Under the pieces are notes generated by a model. The model did not search any database, was not told the origin of the DNA, and saw nothing but the letters and a program-made list of their open reading frames with translations. From IMG/VR virus record IMGVR_UViG_3300032285_002448, positions 1 to 62,057 of that record: a DNA stretch of 62,057 nucleotides, one strand, 5' to 3'. This document shows positions 38,507 to 47,873 of the stretch, in pieces. Origin of the DNA: a virus (lineage: Duplodnaviria > Caudoviricetes). Position 1 is the stretch's first letter, and every line of letters starts with the position of its first letter. Position numbers and translations under genes: made by a program.

Positions 38507-39003
38507 TAGACTATATCGGAAACTATAAAGATTTAATCAAGCAGGATTGGATAGATTTTCTAGCCGCGAACGACGGACAGCTTCTACCAGATACTAGAGA
38601 ATGCTTACTGCCTGAGTTTGACGAGCAGAATAAAAAAATTAGAGGAGCTTGGAAACAGGAGTATCCTCCATTTTGGTTTAAGTTTGAAATACAAGATCTT
38701 CCATTTAATATTCCTTGGCCTGTGCCGCTAACTGATAATATTGATTGGTGGGTTATAAAACAGTATCCAGGACAGATGGTTCCCATGCACGTTGATCAAA
38801 ATCCTCCAGAAACTACAGAACGATATATAATGATGCTACAAGATTATATACCGGGTCATGTATTGATATGGGACGGCAAACTAATTGACGACTATAAACA
38901 AGGCGATCTATTTAAAGTACATGATGTTAATGCGCTTCATGGAGGATGCAACATTAGCAATGACATTAGACTATTAGCATATCTAACAGTATGGAATACA
39001 TAG
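38503..39003 (+). CDS. Small AspH-like/cupin oxygenase, tandem paralog 2
   Basis: YIGNY, WWVIKQYPGQMVPMHVD, DYIPGHVL and LHGGCNIS..IR. Confidence 0.65.
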   Translation: MIDYIGNYKDLIKQDWIDFLAANDGQLLPDTRECLLPEFDEQNKKIRGAWKQEYPPFWFKFEIQDLPFNIPWPVPLTDNIDWWVIKQYPGQMVPMHVDQNPPETTERYIMMLQDYIPGHVLIWDGKLIDDYKQGDLFKVHDVNALHGGCNISNDIRLLAYLTVWNT

Positions 39004-39506
39004 GAAATTACGCAAGCTGGATTCCTCCAGAATTGATGCATCATATTAAAACGCACGACGGTGATACCGTACCAGTGTGGCAACCTGATCGTTGGCAAGG
39101 ACACCCTATGCTGGACGAAGCTCGTGAACGAGCACGTGAAGGATATAGTAATAACAAACATAACTTTCAGCAGTTTAATAGTACTACAAAAGATATGATA
39201 TCATTTGAATTGCCAACTATTCCTAATGACAATAGGCGTATGCTTTGGTGGGTAGTTAAATTGTATCCTGGACAGATGCAGGCAATGCACTTTGATCCCC
39301 ATCTGCTCAACGAAACTAATCCTGGTAGATATACTATGTTTTTAGAAGACTGGAAACCTGGACACATTTTTACCTGGGGCGATAAAATATTAACTAACTA
39401 TCAAGCAGGCGATTTATATCGATGGATTGACCCTATGTGTTATCATGGAGTAGTCAACATTGGATATGAACCTAGATATACATTACAAATTACTACAATA
39501 GATTAA
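38991..39506 (+). CDS. Small AspH-like/cupin oxygenase, tandem paralog 3
   Basis: YIGNY, WWVVKLYPGQMQAMHFD, DWKPGHIF and YHGVVNIG.EPR. Confidence 0.65.
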   Translation: MEYIGNYASWIPPELMHHIKTHDGDTVPVWQPDRWQGHPMLDEARERAREGYSNNKHNFQQFNSTTKDMISFELPTIPNDNRRMLWWVVKLYPGQMQAMHFDPHLLNETNPGRYTMFLEDWKPGHIFTWGDKILTNYQAGDLYRWIDPMCYHGVVNIGYEPRYTLQITTID

Positions 39507-39507
39507 T

Positions 39508-40101
39508 ATGTCAGTTTACATTACCGGTGAAAAGAATATCACGTATCTTCACATTCCTAAAACAGCAGGCACCAGTTTGCTGGATTGGTTGATTTCAAAC
39601 AGAGGAAATAGCGAGTATGTTAGTTGGGATACCCATCCTAAACTTTCTACTGTTCTAAAAGATAAAATACCCAATACTACGTTTACTGTAGTTAGAAACC
39701 CGTGGGATAGAATGGTAAGCATGTATTTCTATATGAAAAACATAGCAATCAACGAAGGCAGTAAGTGGCTTGCGTTAAACAATATCACTCAAGAAAACTT
39801 TCCTTCGTTTGATGACTGGTTATATAGAACTGAAGATAGTTTGATTCCAAGCGACTATTGGTTTAAAGGATCGACTCCGCAATTAGAGTGGATCGACGGA
39901 CCTGTTGATATTGTTATACGATATGAAAATCTAGCAGAAGATTTTGTTAAGATTCAAGAAGCGTTTAATTGTAATATACCGTTGCCACATCTATATTCTT
40001 CAGGTCGCGGTAATTATGCTGATTATTATAACGACAACACTAGAAAGTTTATTGAAAAAATATGTCAAGCAGACATAGATAATTGGAAATACAGCTTTTA
40101 G
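39508..40101 (+). CDS. Sulfotransferase (Sulfotransfer_2-like)
   Basis: 5'-PSB motif LHIPKTAGTS, 3'-PB motif VRNPWDRMVS, and IRYENL. Confidence 0.88.
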   Translation: MSVYITGEKNITYLHIPKTAGTSLLDWLISNRGNSEYVSWDTHPKLSTVLKDKIPNTTFTVVRNPWDRMVSMYFYMKNIAINEGSKWLALNNITQENFPSFDDWLYRTEDSLIPSDYWFKGSTPQLEWIDGPVDIVIRYENLAEDFVKIQEAFNCNIPLPHLYSSGRGNYADYYNDNTRKFIEKICQADIDNWKYSF

Positions 40102-40589
40102 TAACCAAGTATGTGAAACATATACTTGTTTGATAACCCACCATTAATGCCGTTATGCCATTCTCTATGGCTACCCCATTTTAACATTGTACCTTGCAAC
40201 TTGTTAAAGTAATAATCTTTTCCTAATATAAACAAATGCCCAACATCGGACTTGCCTATGAATATAGTGTATCTCTTTAAAAGTCCGTGCGCTAGATACT
40301 CTTGTTCATTATCATCAATATCATAATGATAGCCTGTCATGTATCCGGGCTCAACACAGCTAATCCAACTACGCAACGGAACTATATTTAAATTTGTTGC
40401 TATCTCAGCTTCGATGTCTTTAGTATTATAATAGTTTGTCCACTTAACACTATCTGTATTAAAGTTGTTGTCTTTCCATAGTTTTAAGATTTCTGAGTAT
40501 TCTGGATTTGACATGTTCCACCGTGCAGGATCAACTGTAACTACTTGTCCGTCTTTTAAATTTGCAATTACTGAATCCCAATTAATCAT
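40098..40589 (-). CDS. Small AspH-like/cupin oxygenase (distant paralog of 38012-39506)
   Basis: WISCVEPGYMTGYHYD, GHLFI and WHNGINGG. Confidence 0.6.
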   Translation of the reverse strand: MINWDSVIANLKDGQVVTVDPARWNMSNPEYSEILKLWKDNNFNTDSVKWTNYYNTKDIEAEIATNLNIVPLRSWISCVEPGYMTGYHYDIDDNEQEYLAHGLLKRYTIFIGKSDVGHLFILGKDYYFNKLQGTMLKWGSHREWHNGINGGLSNKYMFHILGY

Positions 40590-41259
40590 ATAGTCTCTTA
40601 TATATCTCTGGAAAAGGATTATCAGGCCACGATTTTTCTAAATGATTTGATATTGTCCTTTTAAAGAAAAACTCAAAATTTACCATTCCATTATCTGTTG
40701 CTTCATCAAATCGGCCGCCACTATCGGGCCCTATCATACCTGCTATTTTATCTCTTGATAAAAAAGGATAACTTGATTCAATACAACTATAAAAGTCAAA
40801 TGTTTTAATTTTATTGTTGCTGTCTAGATAAAAACAATGCGGGTACAGCGCCATTTTATAATATCCTAGACTCACAATATCTGTTAGTATTACAGATATT
40901 TGTTCTTTCCAATCCGGGCAAAGTTCATCCAAATTATTGTCATCAAAAATAATCTGATTTAAACTTTTGTTATTCCATTCAATGAATACTTGTTTTGAGC
41001 TCTTGCTAAATCCTATTAGTTTAGGAGCCCACGGTCTTCCTTGAAAATTTATTAGATTAGATATTTCTCTTTCAAAGAAAAAATCAACAAGCTCGTCTGT
41101 TAGTTCTCTATCTTTTTGATATTCACTCTTTGCATCCCATAACATGCATAATATAGTTTTATCATGATTCAACAGAGGAGTATACAACAGATTAGTAGTG
41201 CATTCTTTATTGCCGTTTACTGTCTTGTATAGATAAGTCCAACCAGTGGTATCAATCAT
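40582..41259 (-). CDS. Degenerate protein-kinase-like fold protein (paralog 3)
   Basis: TNLLYTPLLN, FEREISNL, WAPKL, VFIEW, PDWKEQI, YKMALYPHCFY and KTFDFY (DFG-like). Confidence 0.55.
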   Translation of the reverse strand: MIDTTGWTYLYKTVNGNKECTTNLLYTPLLNHDKTILCMLWDAKSEYQKDRELTDELVDFFFEREISNLINFQGRPWAPKLIGFSKSSKQVFIEWNNKSLNQIIFDDNNLDELCPDWKEQISVILTDIVSLGYYKMALYPHCFYLDSNNKIKTFDFYSCIESSYPFLSRDKIAGMIGPDSGGRFDEATDNGMVNFEFFFKRTISNHLEKSWPDNPFPEIYKRLYD

Positions 41260-41921
41260 GCTAATACAAGTCCTTCTGGTAGTATCTTCTTAAGCTCTTG
41301 TAAACGAGACTCTGATGTCTTAAACTTTACCTGTGTTGCAGAATATTCAAAATCAGATATATGACTGTTTTTGTTTGCAGAGTTTAGCCAAGGACTTACA
41401 TAGTTGTCAAACAAAAATCTTGAATCATCTATACTATCTAATTTAGATATTATTGTAACTGTTAAAGGATTTTTTATAGTATTTCTTTTTAATAATTTTC
41501 TAACTACTAATTGTATTCTAAACAGTCTGCCAAAGTTAGTAGCAGTATGGTGCTGTCCAGCATCCATTTCATACCATATGCCGTCTTGTTCTAATTTGTA
41601 CATCTGCTCGCGAATTAGATCGATTAAAAAACATTCCTCTCCTTGAATGTTTAAATGATATCGATCATCTATATCTGCGTGTGTTTGATAGCACTTAGCA
41701 GGATCCAACACAATTATTCTTGCTTCACCTTTATCAACAGGTAAAGAATTATAAAGTGTTTCCCAGACTGTGCCTTTGTATTCTTCTTTTAGAATCCAAG
41801 GGTCGTAGAAAAAATTACCTGTAGGCTGATTAATGGCTGTTTTCATCGTATCGCTAGAAAAGGATTTACCAGCTTCTTGAACTAATTCTCTATCTATAGT
41901 ATAATTGGTTTTAGTCAGCAT
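41256..41921 (-). CDS. AspH-like 2OG-Fe(II) oxygenase with C-terminal extension
   Basis: EARIIVL....YQTHADIDDRYHL...HHTATNFG...RIQLV. Start MLTKTN lies 4 nt after TATAAATA. Confidence 0.7.
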   Translation of the reverse strand: MLTKTNYTIDRELVQEAGKSFSSDTMKTAINQPTGNFFYDPWILKEEYKGTVWETLYNSLPVDKGEARIIVLDPAKCYQTHADIDDRYHLNIQGEECFLIDLIREQMYKLEQDGIWYEMDAGQHHTATNFGRLFRIQLVVRKLLKRNTIKNPLTVTIISKLDSIDDSRFLFDNYVSPWLNSANKNSHISDFEYSATQVKFKTSESRLQELKKILPEGLVLA

Positions 41922-41934
41922 GAAATATTTATAT
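41914..41934. repeat. 21-bp exact repeat, copy 2 (late promoter plus start codon unit)
   Basis: Identical to 30997-31017. Confidence 0.8.
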
Positions 41935-41980
41935 GCTACTTTAATGCGGTTAAATATTTCACATATTAAGGAACTCAGCA

Positions 41981-42703
41981 ATGCAACTAGATGATATAGA
42001 TATTCCATTTAATGGAAATTGGAACAGTATAGCGATTAGCCTTAGTGGCGGTGCTGATTCTGCATTGTTAGCGTATGTATTATGCGAACAAGCTGAACGT
42101 TACGGAGTCAACGTACATGTCATTAATCATATTAGAATGTGGAAGACACGCCCTTGGCAACAAGAGGATGCTCGTAAAGTTTATGAATATCTAACAAAGA
42201 AATTTTCTAAAGTATCATTCACGTTTCATCAAAACTTTATTGCACCAGACATAGAATACGGAAATATTGGGCCTACTATAAAAGACGAGTACGATAAACT
42301 GGTCAGTGGAGACAATATACAGATAAGAGCATTTGCAGAATTTGTGTGTCACAAACACGATGTTGATGCCTACTACAATGCTGTAACTCGAAACCCTAGA
42401 GAAATAGACTTAGGCGGAATGAAAGAACGAGACATTGAACTAGACAAGACTAATGCACACTTACAATTAATGACTCACATGGGTAGGTTAGTAAGTCATC
42501 CTTTTAGATTTGTAGATAAAGGATGGATTGTTAGCCAATACAAACAATTAGATATAATGGATCTGTTTAATATTACTCGCAGTTGCGAAGGTGAATTTGA
42601 CGGATGCGATTACACAAACTATTATGCAGGACAACGTGTTCCGGCATGCGGCGAGTGCTTCTGGTGCAAAGAAAGAGCTTGGGCAATTGAACAAAACAAG
42701 TAA
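41981..42703 (+). CDS. PP-loop ATP pyrophosphatase, QueC-like
   Basis: ISLSGGADSALL (SGGxDS) and C-terminal TRSC...CGECFWC.ER Zn motif. Confidence 0.75.
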   Translation: MQLDDIDIPFNGNWNSIAISLSGGADSALLAYVLCEQAERYGVNVHVINHIRMWKTRPWQQEDARKVYEYLTKKFSKVSFTFHQNFIAPDIEYGNIGPTIKDEYDKLVSGDNIQIRAFAEFVCHKHDVDAYYNAVTRNPREIDLGGMKERDIELDKTNAHLQLMTHMGRLVSHPFRFVDKGWIVSQYKQLDIMDLFNITRSCEGEFDGCDYTNYYAGQRVPACGECFWCKERAWAIEQNK

Positions 42704-43940
42704 AACATTTTGTATGCATCCTTTTACAGGATTGGCTACTAGAGAAGATGGGGCTGTTAAAGCCTGCTGTCGTAGCCACCCTGTTGGTTATATACAGGAT
42801 AGTTCATTAGAAGAAATCTGGAATAATAGTACAATGCAACGTATACGCAAGCAGGTGCTCAACGATGACCGTCCTCCGGAGTGCGCTCCGTGCTTTGCAT
42901 TAGAAGATCAAGGTGTTGAAAGTCTGCGCCAAAGACATATCAAAGGTGAAATACCAGAAGCACGTATAAATCTATATCCTAACACACCTTTGCAAGAAGT
43001 AATGCCATTTGAGTTTCCTACAATGGAAATTAAACTCAATAACCTTTGCAATCTTAAATGCCGCATGTGCAATCCAACAGATAGTACAAGTTGGAATGAT
43101 TGGGAACAAGTAGAAGAGTTTTACGATAAAGAAAATAATTTTATTGCAGATAATGTTCGTAAACTTAATCTAGTTAGAAAACCCTACTTAGATAAGTTTG
43201 AAGATAATCCTAACTGGTGGGCAAGTTTTGAAAAGCTATTGCCTTACTTCCGTCGTGTAGAATTTGCTGGTGGTGAACCTTTAATGGACCCTCAACATTT
43301 TCGCATACTAGATATGCTTAAACCCTACGGACATCAAATAGAATTAAAGTATGCTACTAATGGCACAACATTAGGAATTTCAAAAGGAAGAACTGTACAT
43401 GAATACTGGCCTCATTTTAGAAGCGTTGCCGTTAACGTCAGCATTGACGGCCTTGGCGATGTTTACGACTACATTCGTGGTAACAGCAATTGGAGTCAGG
43501 TTGTTGCAAATATTAAAGAAATACAAACAATCCCAAACGTTACAAGAATAGTAGGAGCAGTTGCTGTTCAAGTTAGTAATGTATTGATATTAGATAAAAT
43601 GATAGAATACTTTTTAAACGAGTTGGGTATTGTATTTTATACCAACATGGTAAACTATCCAAATGTATTGTCAATACAAGTATTACCGCAAAAACTTAAA
43701 ATGGATGCTATTATAAAACTTGCAGGTGTTTATAATAGAATAGGAGATTTTGAATTAGTTAAGAAACATCCTATGCTGTTAAACCTTACACAGAATCAAA
43801 TAATGGGTGTGCTTAACTATCTAAAAGCAAACGATCAAAGCGACAAGTGGCAAGACTGCGTAGAGTTTAATCGTAGATTAGATACTACTCGTGATCAAAG
43901 TTTTATAGACGTAACTCCAGAGTTTAAAAAATATGTTTAA
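42687..43940 (+). CDS. Radical SAM protein with N-terminal SPASM/twitch-like domain
   Basis: FCMHPF...GAVKACC...EIWN...C..C...E, then CNLKCRMC, FAGGEPL, TNGT and SIDG. Probable TTG start at 42687. Confidence 0.9.
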   Translation: MNKTSKTFCMHPFTGLATREDGAVKACCRSHPVGYIQDSSLEEIWNNSTMQRIRKQVLNDDRPPECAPCFALEDQGVESLRQRHIKGEIPEARINLYPNTPLQEVMPFEFPTMEIKLNNLCNLKCRMCNPTDSTSWNDWEQVEEFYDKENNFIADNVRKLNLVRKPYLDKFEDNPNWWASFEKLLPYFRRVEFAGGEPLMDPQHFRILDMLKPYGHQIELKYATNGTTLGISKGRTVHEYWPHFRSVAVNVSIDGLGDVYDYIRGNSNWSQVVANIKEIQTIPNVTRIVGAVAVQVSNVLILDKMIEYFLNELGIVFYTNMVNYPNVLSIQVLPQKLKMDAIIKLAGVYNRIGDFELVKKHPMLLNLTQNQIMGVLNYLKANDQSDKWQDCVEFNRRLDTTRDQSFIDVTPEFKKYV

Positions 43941-44733
43941 TCTAGTATTAACAAACGGACTAGACGATCTTTCTTTAGAGTTTAAATTAAGAGATACTGC
44001 TATTTCAAGAAAGTGGTTTGCAGAGCTTTCTAAAAATTATCCTCTTTACGAAATTGATAGATTTACCAATTGGGGTAAGCAAAACTTTATCGATCAATTA
44101 AATGAGCAGATAGATATCATTAATTCTTATCAACAAATAATAGATAAGAAAGTTTCAGAAACAACAAATCAACAGGACCTTAACTACCTTCATAAATTCT
44201 TTGAAGATCTAAGAGGAGAAGCATCTATAGGAACAGAATGGTTCCATGCGGCGCCTGCTAAAGTACAAACTGCTTTAGAAAAATTTAATATATTGATTCA
44301 CGATTTAGAATCTGAAATTAGGACAGGAAACAAACATCCAACATTGGTAGTAACATTTAAAGGAAATCCACGTCTTGCGTTATCAAAAGATGATATGAAG
44401 CACTTTACATATAAATGGCAATCAGGAACAGTTTATATAAATTACTGTCACGTAGGAAAAACTGTGCTTGACATATATACAAATCGTGACAGTATATCAG
44501 AAGCAGTTCGTCCGCAAACACACTACTGCGCAGATTTTATGATTAAGTTTGGGCCGTCCTCTAATACTGTATTACATTTTTTAAGATCAGTTATGATAAA
44601 TGTTTGGTTATTGTTTAAAAATTACAATATTGAAAATTATAATATTGGAATGATTCCTGTAGCAGATCTAGTTACGCCAGTAGATAAGAAAACATTAATT
44701 AATTTTAACAAGGTTAAATCTGTAAATGTATAA
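43933..44733 (+). CDS. Hypothetical protein
   Basis: 266-aa ORF coupled between two radical SAM genes; LNYLHKFFE, NILIHDLE and YCHVGK. Confidence 0.7.
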   Translation: MFNLVLTNGLDDLSLEFKLRDTAISRKWFAELSKNYPLYEIDRFTNWGKQNFIDQLNEQIDIINSYQQIIDKKVSETTNQQDLNYLHKFFEDLRGEASIGTEWFHAAPAKVQTALEKFNILIHDLESEIRTGNKHPTLVVTFKGNPRLALSKDDMKHFTYKWQSGTVYINYCHVGKTVLDIYTNRDSISEAVRPQTHYCADFMIKFGPSSNTVLHFLRSVMINVWLLFKNYNIENYNIGMIPVADLVTPVDKKTLINFNKVKSVNV

Positions 44734-45640
44734 AGTAGCACATAGGAATAGAGATGATTCTATTCATGTTGAATGGAATCTTGGTAAACGCTGTAACTTT
44801 GATTGCAGTTATTGTCCTGCGGCTATACACGACAACACCAGCGAGCATACAGATATTGAGATACTCAAAGCAACTGTAGACAAGCTGATGACGTTAGGAA
44901 AACCAGTTCAGTTAAGTTTTACAGGAGGAGAGCCGTGTGTGCATCCAAAGTTTTCAGAATTAGTAATGTATGCCAAACACGTGGGCATACAGAAAATCAG
45001 TGTAACTACTAACGGTTCTAGGAAAGCAGTTTGGTATGAAAATTTACCAGTAGATCAATATGTGTTTAGTATTCATATGGAACATGATCCTATGCGTATA
45101 TTAAACACAATCGTTAACGTTCATATGAACAATCCTAAGATATACTTAGTTGCTCAAATTATGGCGTTACATTCGCATATGAAAACTGTTAAGGTAGTAG
45201 CCGATGCTTGCAAGGCACATGGCATATCCTATAACATACGTAGAATACGATGGACTGAAGGCGATCATAATATATTTGATGACATGCGATATGATGCAGA
45301 TGACTATAAATGGATACTTGAAAACTCGTCAACAGTATATGCAAACTGTGTAGTAGATGACGATCACAATCAATTATATCATGCCAACGATATAATCAAA
45401 TTGCACATGAACAAATATAAAGACTGGAAATGTAACGCAGGTCTTGAAAGTCTAATGATTAATTGGGATGGTGAAGTGCATCGTGCTACCTGTAGAGTAG
45501 GAGGTAGTCTAGGTAACATTTATGAAGGTAGTTTTACTATACCAACCGAACCTATTATATGTACTCGTGACTACTGCACCTGCGCCGCAGATATACCATT
45601 AACTAAAGTTTTAGTCAATAAGGTTTCGGGTGTACAATAA
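44726..45640 (+). CDS. Radical SAM protein with C-terminal SPASM-like Cys domain
   Basis: CNFDCSYC, FTGGEP and TTNGSR, plus C-terminal WKCNAG...C...ICTRDYCTC. Confidence 0.9.
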   Translation: MYKVAHRNRDDSIHVEWNLGKRCNFDCSYCPAAIHDNTSEHTDIEILKATVDKLMTLGKPVQLSFTGGEPCVHPKFSELVMYAKHVGIQKISVTTNGSRKAVWYENLPVDQYVFSIHMEHDPMRILNTIVNVHMNNPKIYLVAQIMALHSHMKTVKVVADACKAHGISYNIRRIRWTEGDHNIFDDMRYDADDYKWILENSSTVYANCVVDDDHNQLYHANDIIKLHMNKYKDWKCNAGLESLMINWDGEVHRATCRVGGSLGNIYEGSFTIPTEPIICTRDYCTCAADIPLTKVLVNKVSGVQ

Positions 45641-46578
45641 CACCCTTGTAGTTTACAAATAGTAGGCTGTATTTTAGGATTAAATGTTGTTTTAAAATCC
45701 TGATCGTATATGTTGAACTTAGTGTCCAAACCATATAACGATTGTCCGCAAGATCCAGATAGTTCACCAGTTGGATTAATATAAAACATATCAATACCTA
45801 CATTACACTTCCAACCGTAAAAGTGGTTCCAATCATTTAGTTGTACTTGATTGTGTTTTACCTTTTTACTTTTACCGTTATCAAACTGTACAACACTACG
45901 ATTAATATTAAAGTTTTTTCGTTGATTAAACGCATACCATATACTTGGATATCGTTTTATAGAATTAGACAAGAACTCCAATTGCTCAGGAGTATATAAG
46001 TTTGCTCCATCTGCTTCCTCAATTTTTTGTGTGCCTATGTACCATTTACGTCTGCTGTTTGATTTAAAATAATCAATCATAGACGCACATTCATCCCATG
46101 CAAACGGATCCATACATACACTCACATCTACGTAAACACCTGTGTCGTATAATGTATCTGCAACTAACGTAAAATGGGGAAGATCAATCTGTTTATAATG
46201 TGCGGATAGATTTACCTTATCAAATACTTGTGCGTTCTCTTGCCACCATCGGATTGTTCTGGATCCGTTAGATTGTACACTGGCAATAAAATTGTATCTA
46301 TCCTTCAGTTGAGAAATAAACTTATCTAGCTCTGGCCACAATGTTGGTTCGCCGCCAAGTATCTGTAATTCAATTTGATCTTTACCAGATTTTATATACT
46401 GATCGAACAGGTGTGAAAAGTTATCTACAACTAACTTTAGGTCTTTTGGCCAACTGTATCTTCCTGCATTTGAACCAGGAAAACAATATCTGCATTTATA
46501 GTTACAAACATCAGTAGGACTATAACTTATTTTTACAAAATTGCTAGGCTGATTTGATACTACAGCTATTGGAATCAT
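45571..46578 (-). CDS. Radical SAM protein with C-terminal SPASM-like Cys domain
   Basis: CNYKCRYC, LGGEPT and SNGSR, plus C-terminal WKCNVG...C...ICKLQGCYC. Confidence 0.9.
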   Translation of the reverse strand: MIPIAVVSNQPSNFVKISYSPTDVCNYKCRYCFPGSNAGRYSWPKDLKLVVDNFSHLFDQYIKSGKDQIELQILGGEPTLWPELDKFISQLKDRYNFIASVQSNGSRTIRWWQENAQVFDKVNLSAHYKQIDLPHFTLVADTLYDTGVYVDVSVCMDPFAWDECASMIDYFKSNSRRKWYIGTQKIEEADGANLYTPEQLEFLSNSIKRYPSIWYAFNQRKNFNINRSVVQFDNGKSKKVKHNQVQLNDWNHFYGWKCNVGIDMFYINPTGELSGSCGQSLYGLDTKFNIYDQDFKTTFNPKIQPTICKLQGCYCTPETLLTKTLVNGISAAQVQ

Positions 46579-47873
46579 AAGTCTTTTAACTCCGGAAACA
46601 CTTGTCTAAAGTCTGTACCGCGCTGTTCATCGGTAACAGTTAGATAGTCATACAATAAAGGTAGTTTATTGGACCAATCTTCTGCCATCATATATTGCAC
46701 TAATCCTTGCCAGCGTTTGTATCCATAGGGGTTCTGCATAAATTCTGTATCATTGCTTCTTCTAGAACAGAAGTACTCTATGCTCTTTATTACTTTTGCT
46801 TTTAGATGCTGAGGCAGTACTCTAACATTTAGATAGCTTGGCAAGTATACAAGATGTGTGCCAACAAGTCCTGCGCCATAAGGAGGTAGATTAATCTTTT
46901 TAAAGTTTTTACTTTCCTTCCAATGCACAAGTTCTGGTACATTCATTACGTTTAATAACTGTACGGCACATGCAATATTAACTGTAATGTTATTAGGTGT
47001 ATCATCAAGGCGCTCTAAGTTGGCAACAACATCTGCCCATTTACTAGGGTAGCGTATGTAATCATTGCGTGTACCCACAGCGTCAACACTAAAGTTAAAT
47101 TTAACTTCTTTGAAATGCTTCCATAGTTCAAATAACTTTTCTGGCAATTCTAGGCCGTTGCTGTTGTAACGTAAAATACAAGACTTTGCCGCACCTGTTT
47201 CTACCATAAACTCTAATATCTTATAGTGCTCGGGTATCAATAATGGTTCGCCGCCTGCAAAGTATAGCTCACGAATATTATATGATTGACTACGCATATC
47301 ATTTAAGAAACTACCTTTCTTATACCACGTATAATCAAAGTCACTATTCCATTGTTGATCTTGTTGCAGTTCAATAGTCTTATACTTAGGATACTGTAGT
47401 TTCCATTCCTTGATCCAACTGCTACTGTCATGCGGGCTACACATAACGCATTTGAGTTGACACAGATTACCTAAGCGTAAATCAAAGTACGGAATGTCTA
47501 CAGGCAAACTACCATCCTCACCTGTAGCATCAACAATGGTTGCAACGTCTAAACGCTCGTTCCATACTGCTGATTCCCACTGGCGCTTGCTCACAATACC
47601 TTTAGACTCTTCTTCAAAGCATTTGGTACAGCTAGGAGGGATCTTGCCTTCTAACATTTGTAAGCGCACGGTCCGCATGTAATTACTATTCCACACTTCA
47701 GCAATAGAATGTGTTTGTAGATTCATTACTTGCCCATTTTGTTTTACTAACCCAACTTCTTTGCTATCTTCATCGCCTGCACCGCTGGCATTGGCAGTAC
47801 AACACACACGCACATCGCCGTTAGGACGAGTCGCTAGATGTATCCACGGTAATGGGCAGAATGTTTTACTCAT
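46575..47873 (-). CDS. Radical SAM protein with N-terminal SPASM/twitch-like domain
   Basis: FCPLPW...GDVRVCC...VWNS...CTKC..EE, then CQLKCVMC, FAGGEPL and NSNG. Confidence 0.9.
   Translation of the reverse strand: MSKTFCPLPWIHLATRPNGDVRVCCTANASGAGDEDSKEVGLVKQNGQVMNLQTHSIAEVWNSNYMRTVRLQMLEGKIPPSCTKCFEEESKGIVSKRQWESAVWNERLDVATIVDATGEDGSLPVDIPYFDLRLGNLCQLKCVMCSPHDSSSWIKEWKLQYPKYKTIELQQDQQWNSDFDYTWYKKGSFLNDMRSQSYNIRELYFAGGEPLLIPEHYKILEFMVETGAAKSCILRYNSNGLELPEKLFELWKHFKEVKFNFSVDAVGTRNDYIRYPSKWADVVANLERLDDTPNNITVNIACAVQLLNVMNVPELVHWKESKNFKKINLPPYGAGLVGTHLVYLPSYLNVRVLPQHLKAKVIKSIEYFCSRRSNDTEFMQNPYGYKRWQGLVQYMMAEDWSNKLPLLYDYLTVTDEQRGTDFRQVFPELKDL

Noticed and set aside
41981-45640. Calling queC/queE (7-deazaguanine DNA modification)
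   Set aside because: The adjacent radical SAMs have SPASM/twitch features rather than a QueE layout, and no folE/queD/dpdA is present in the window, so gene symbols were withheld.
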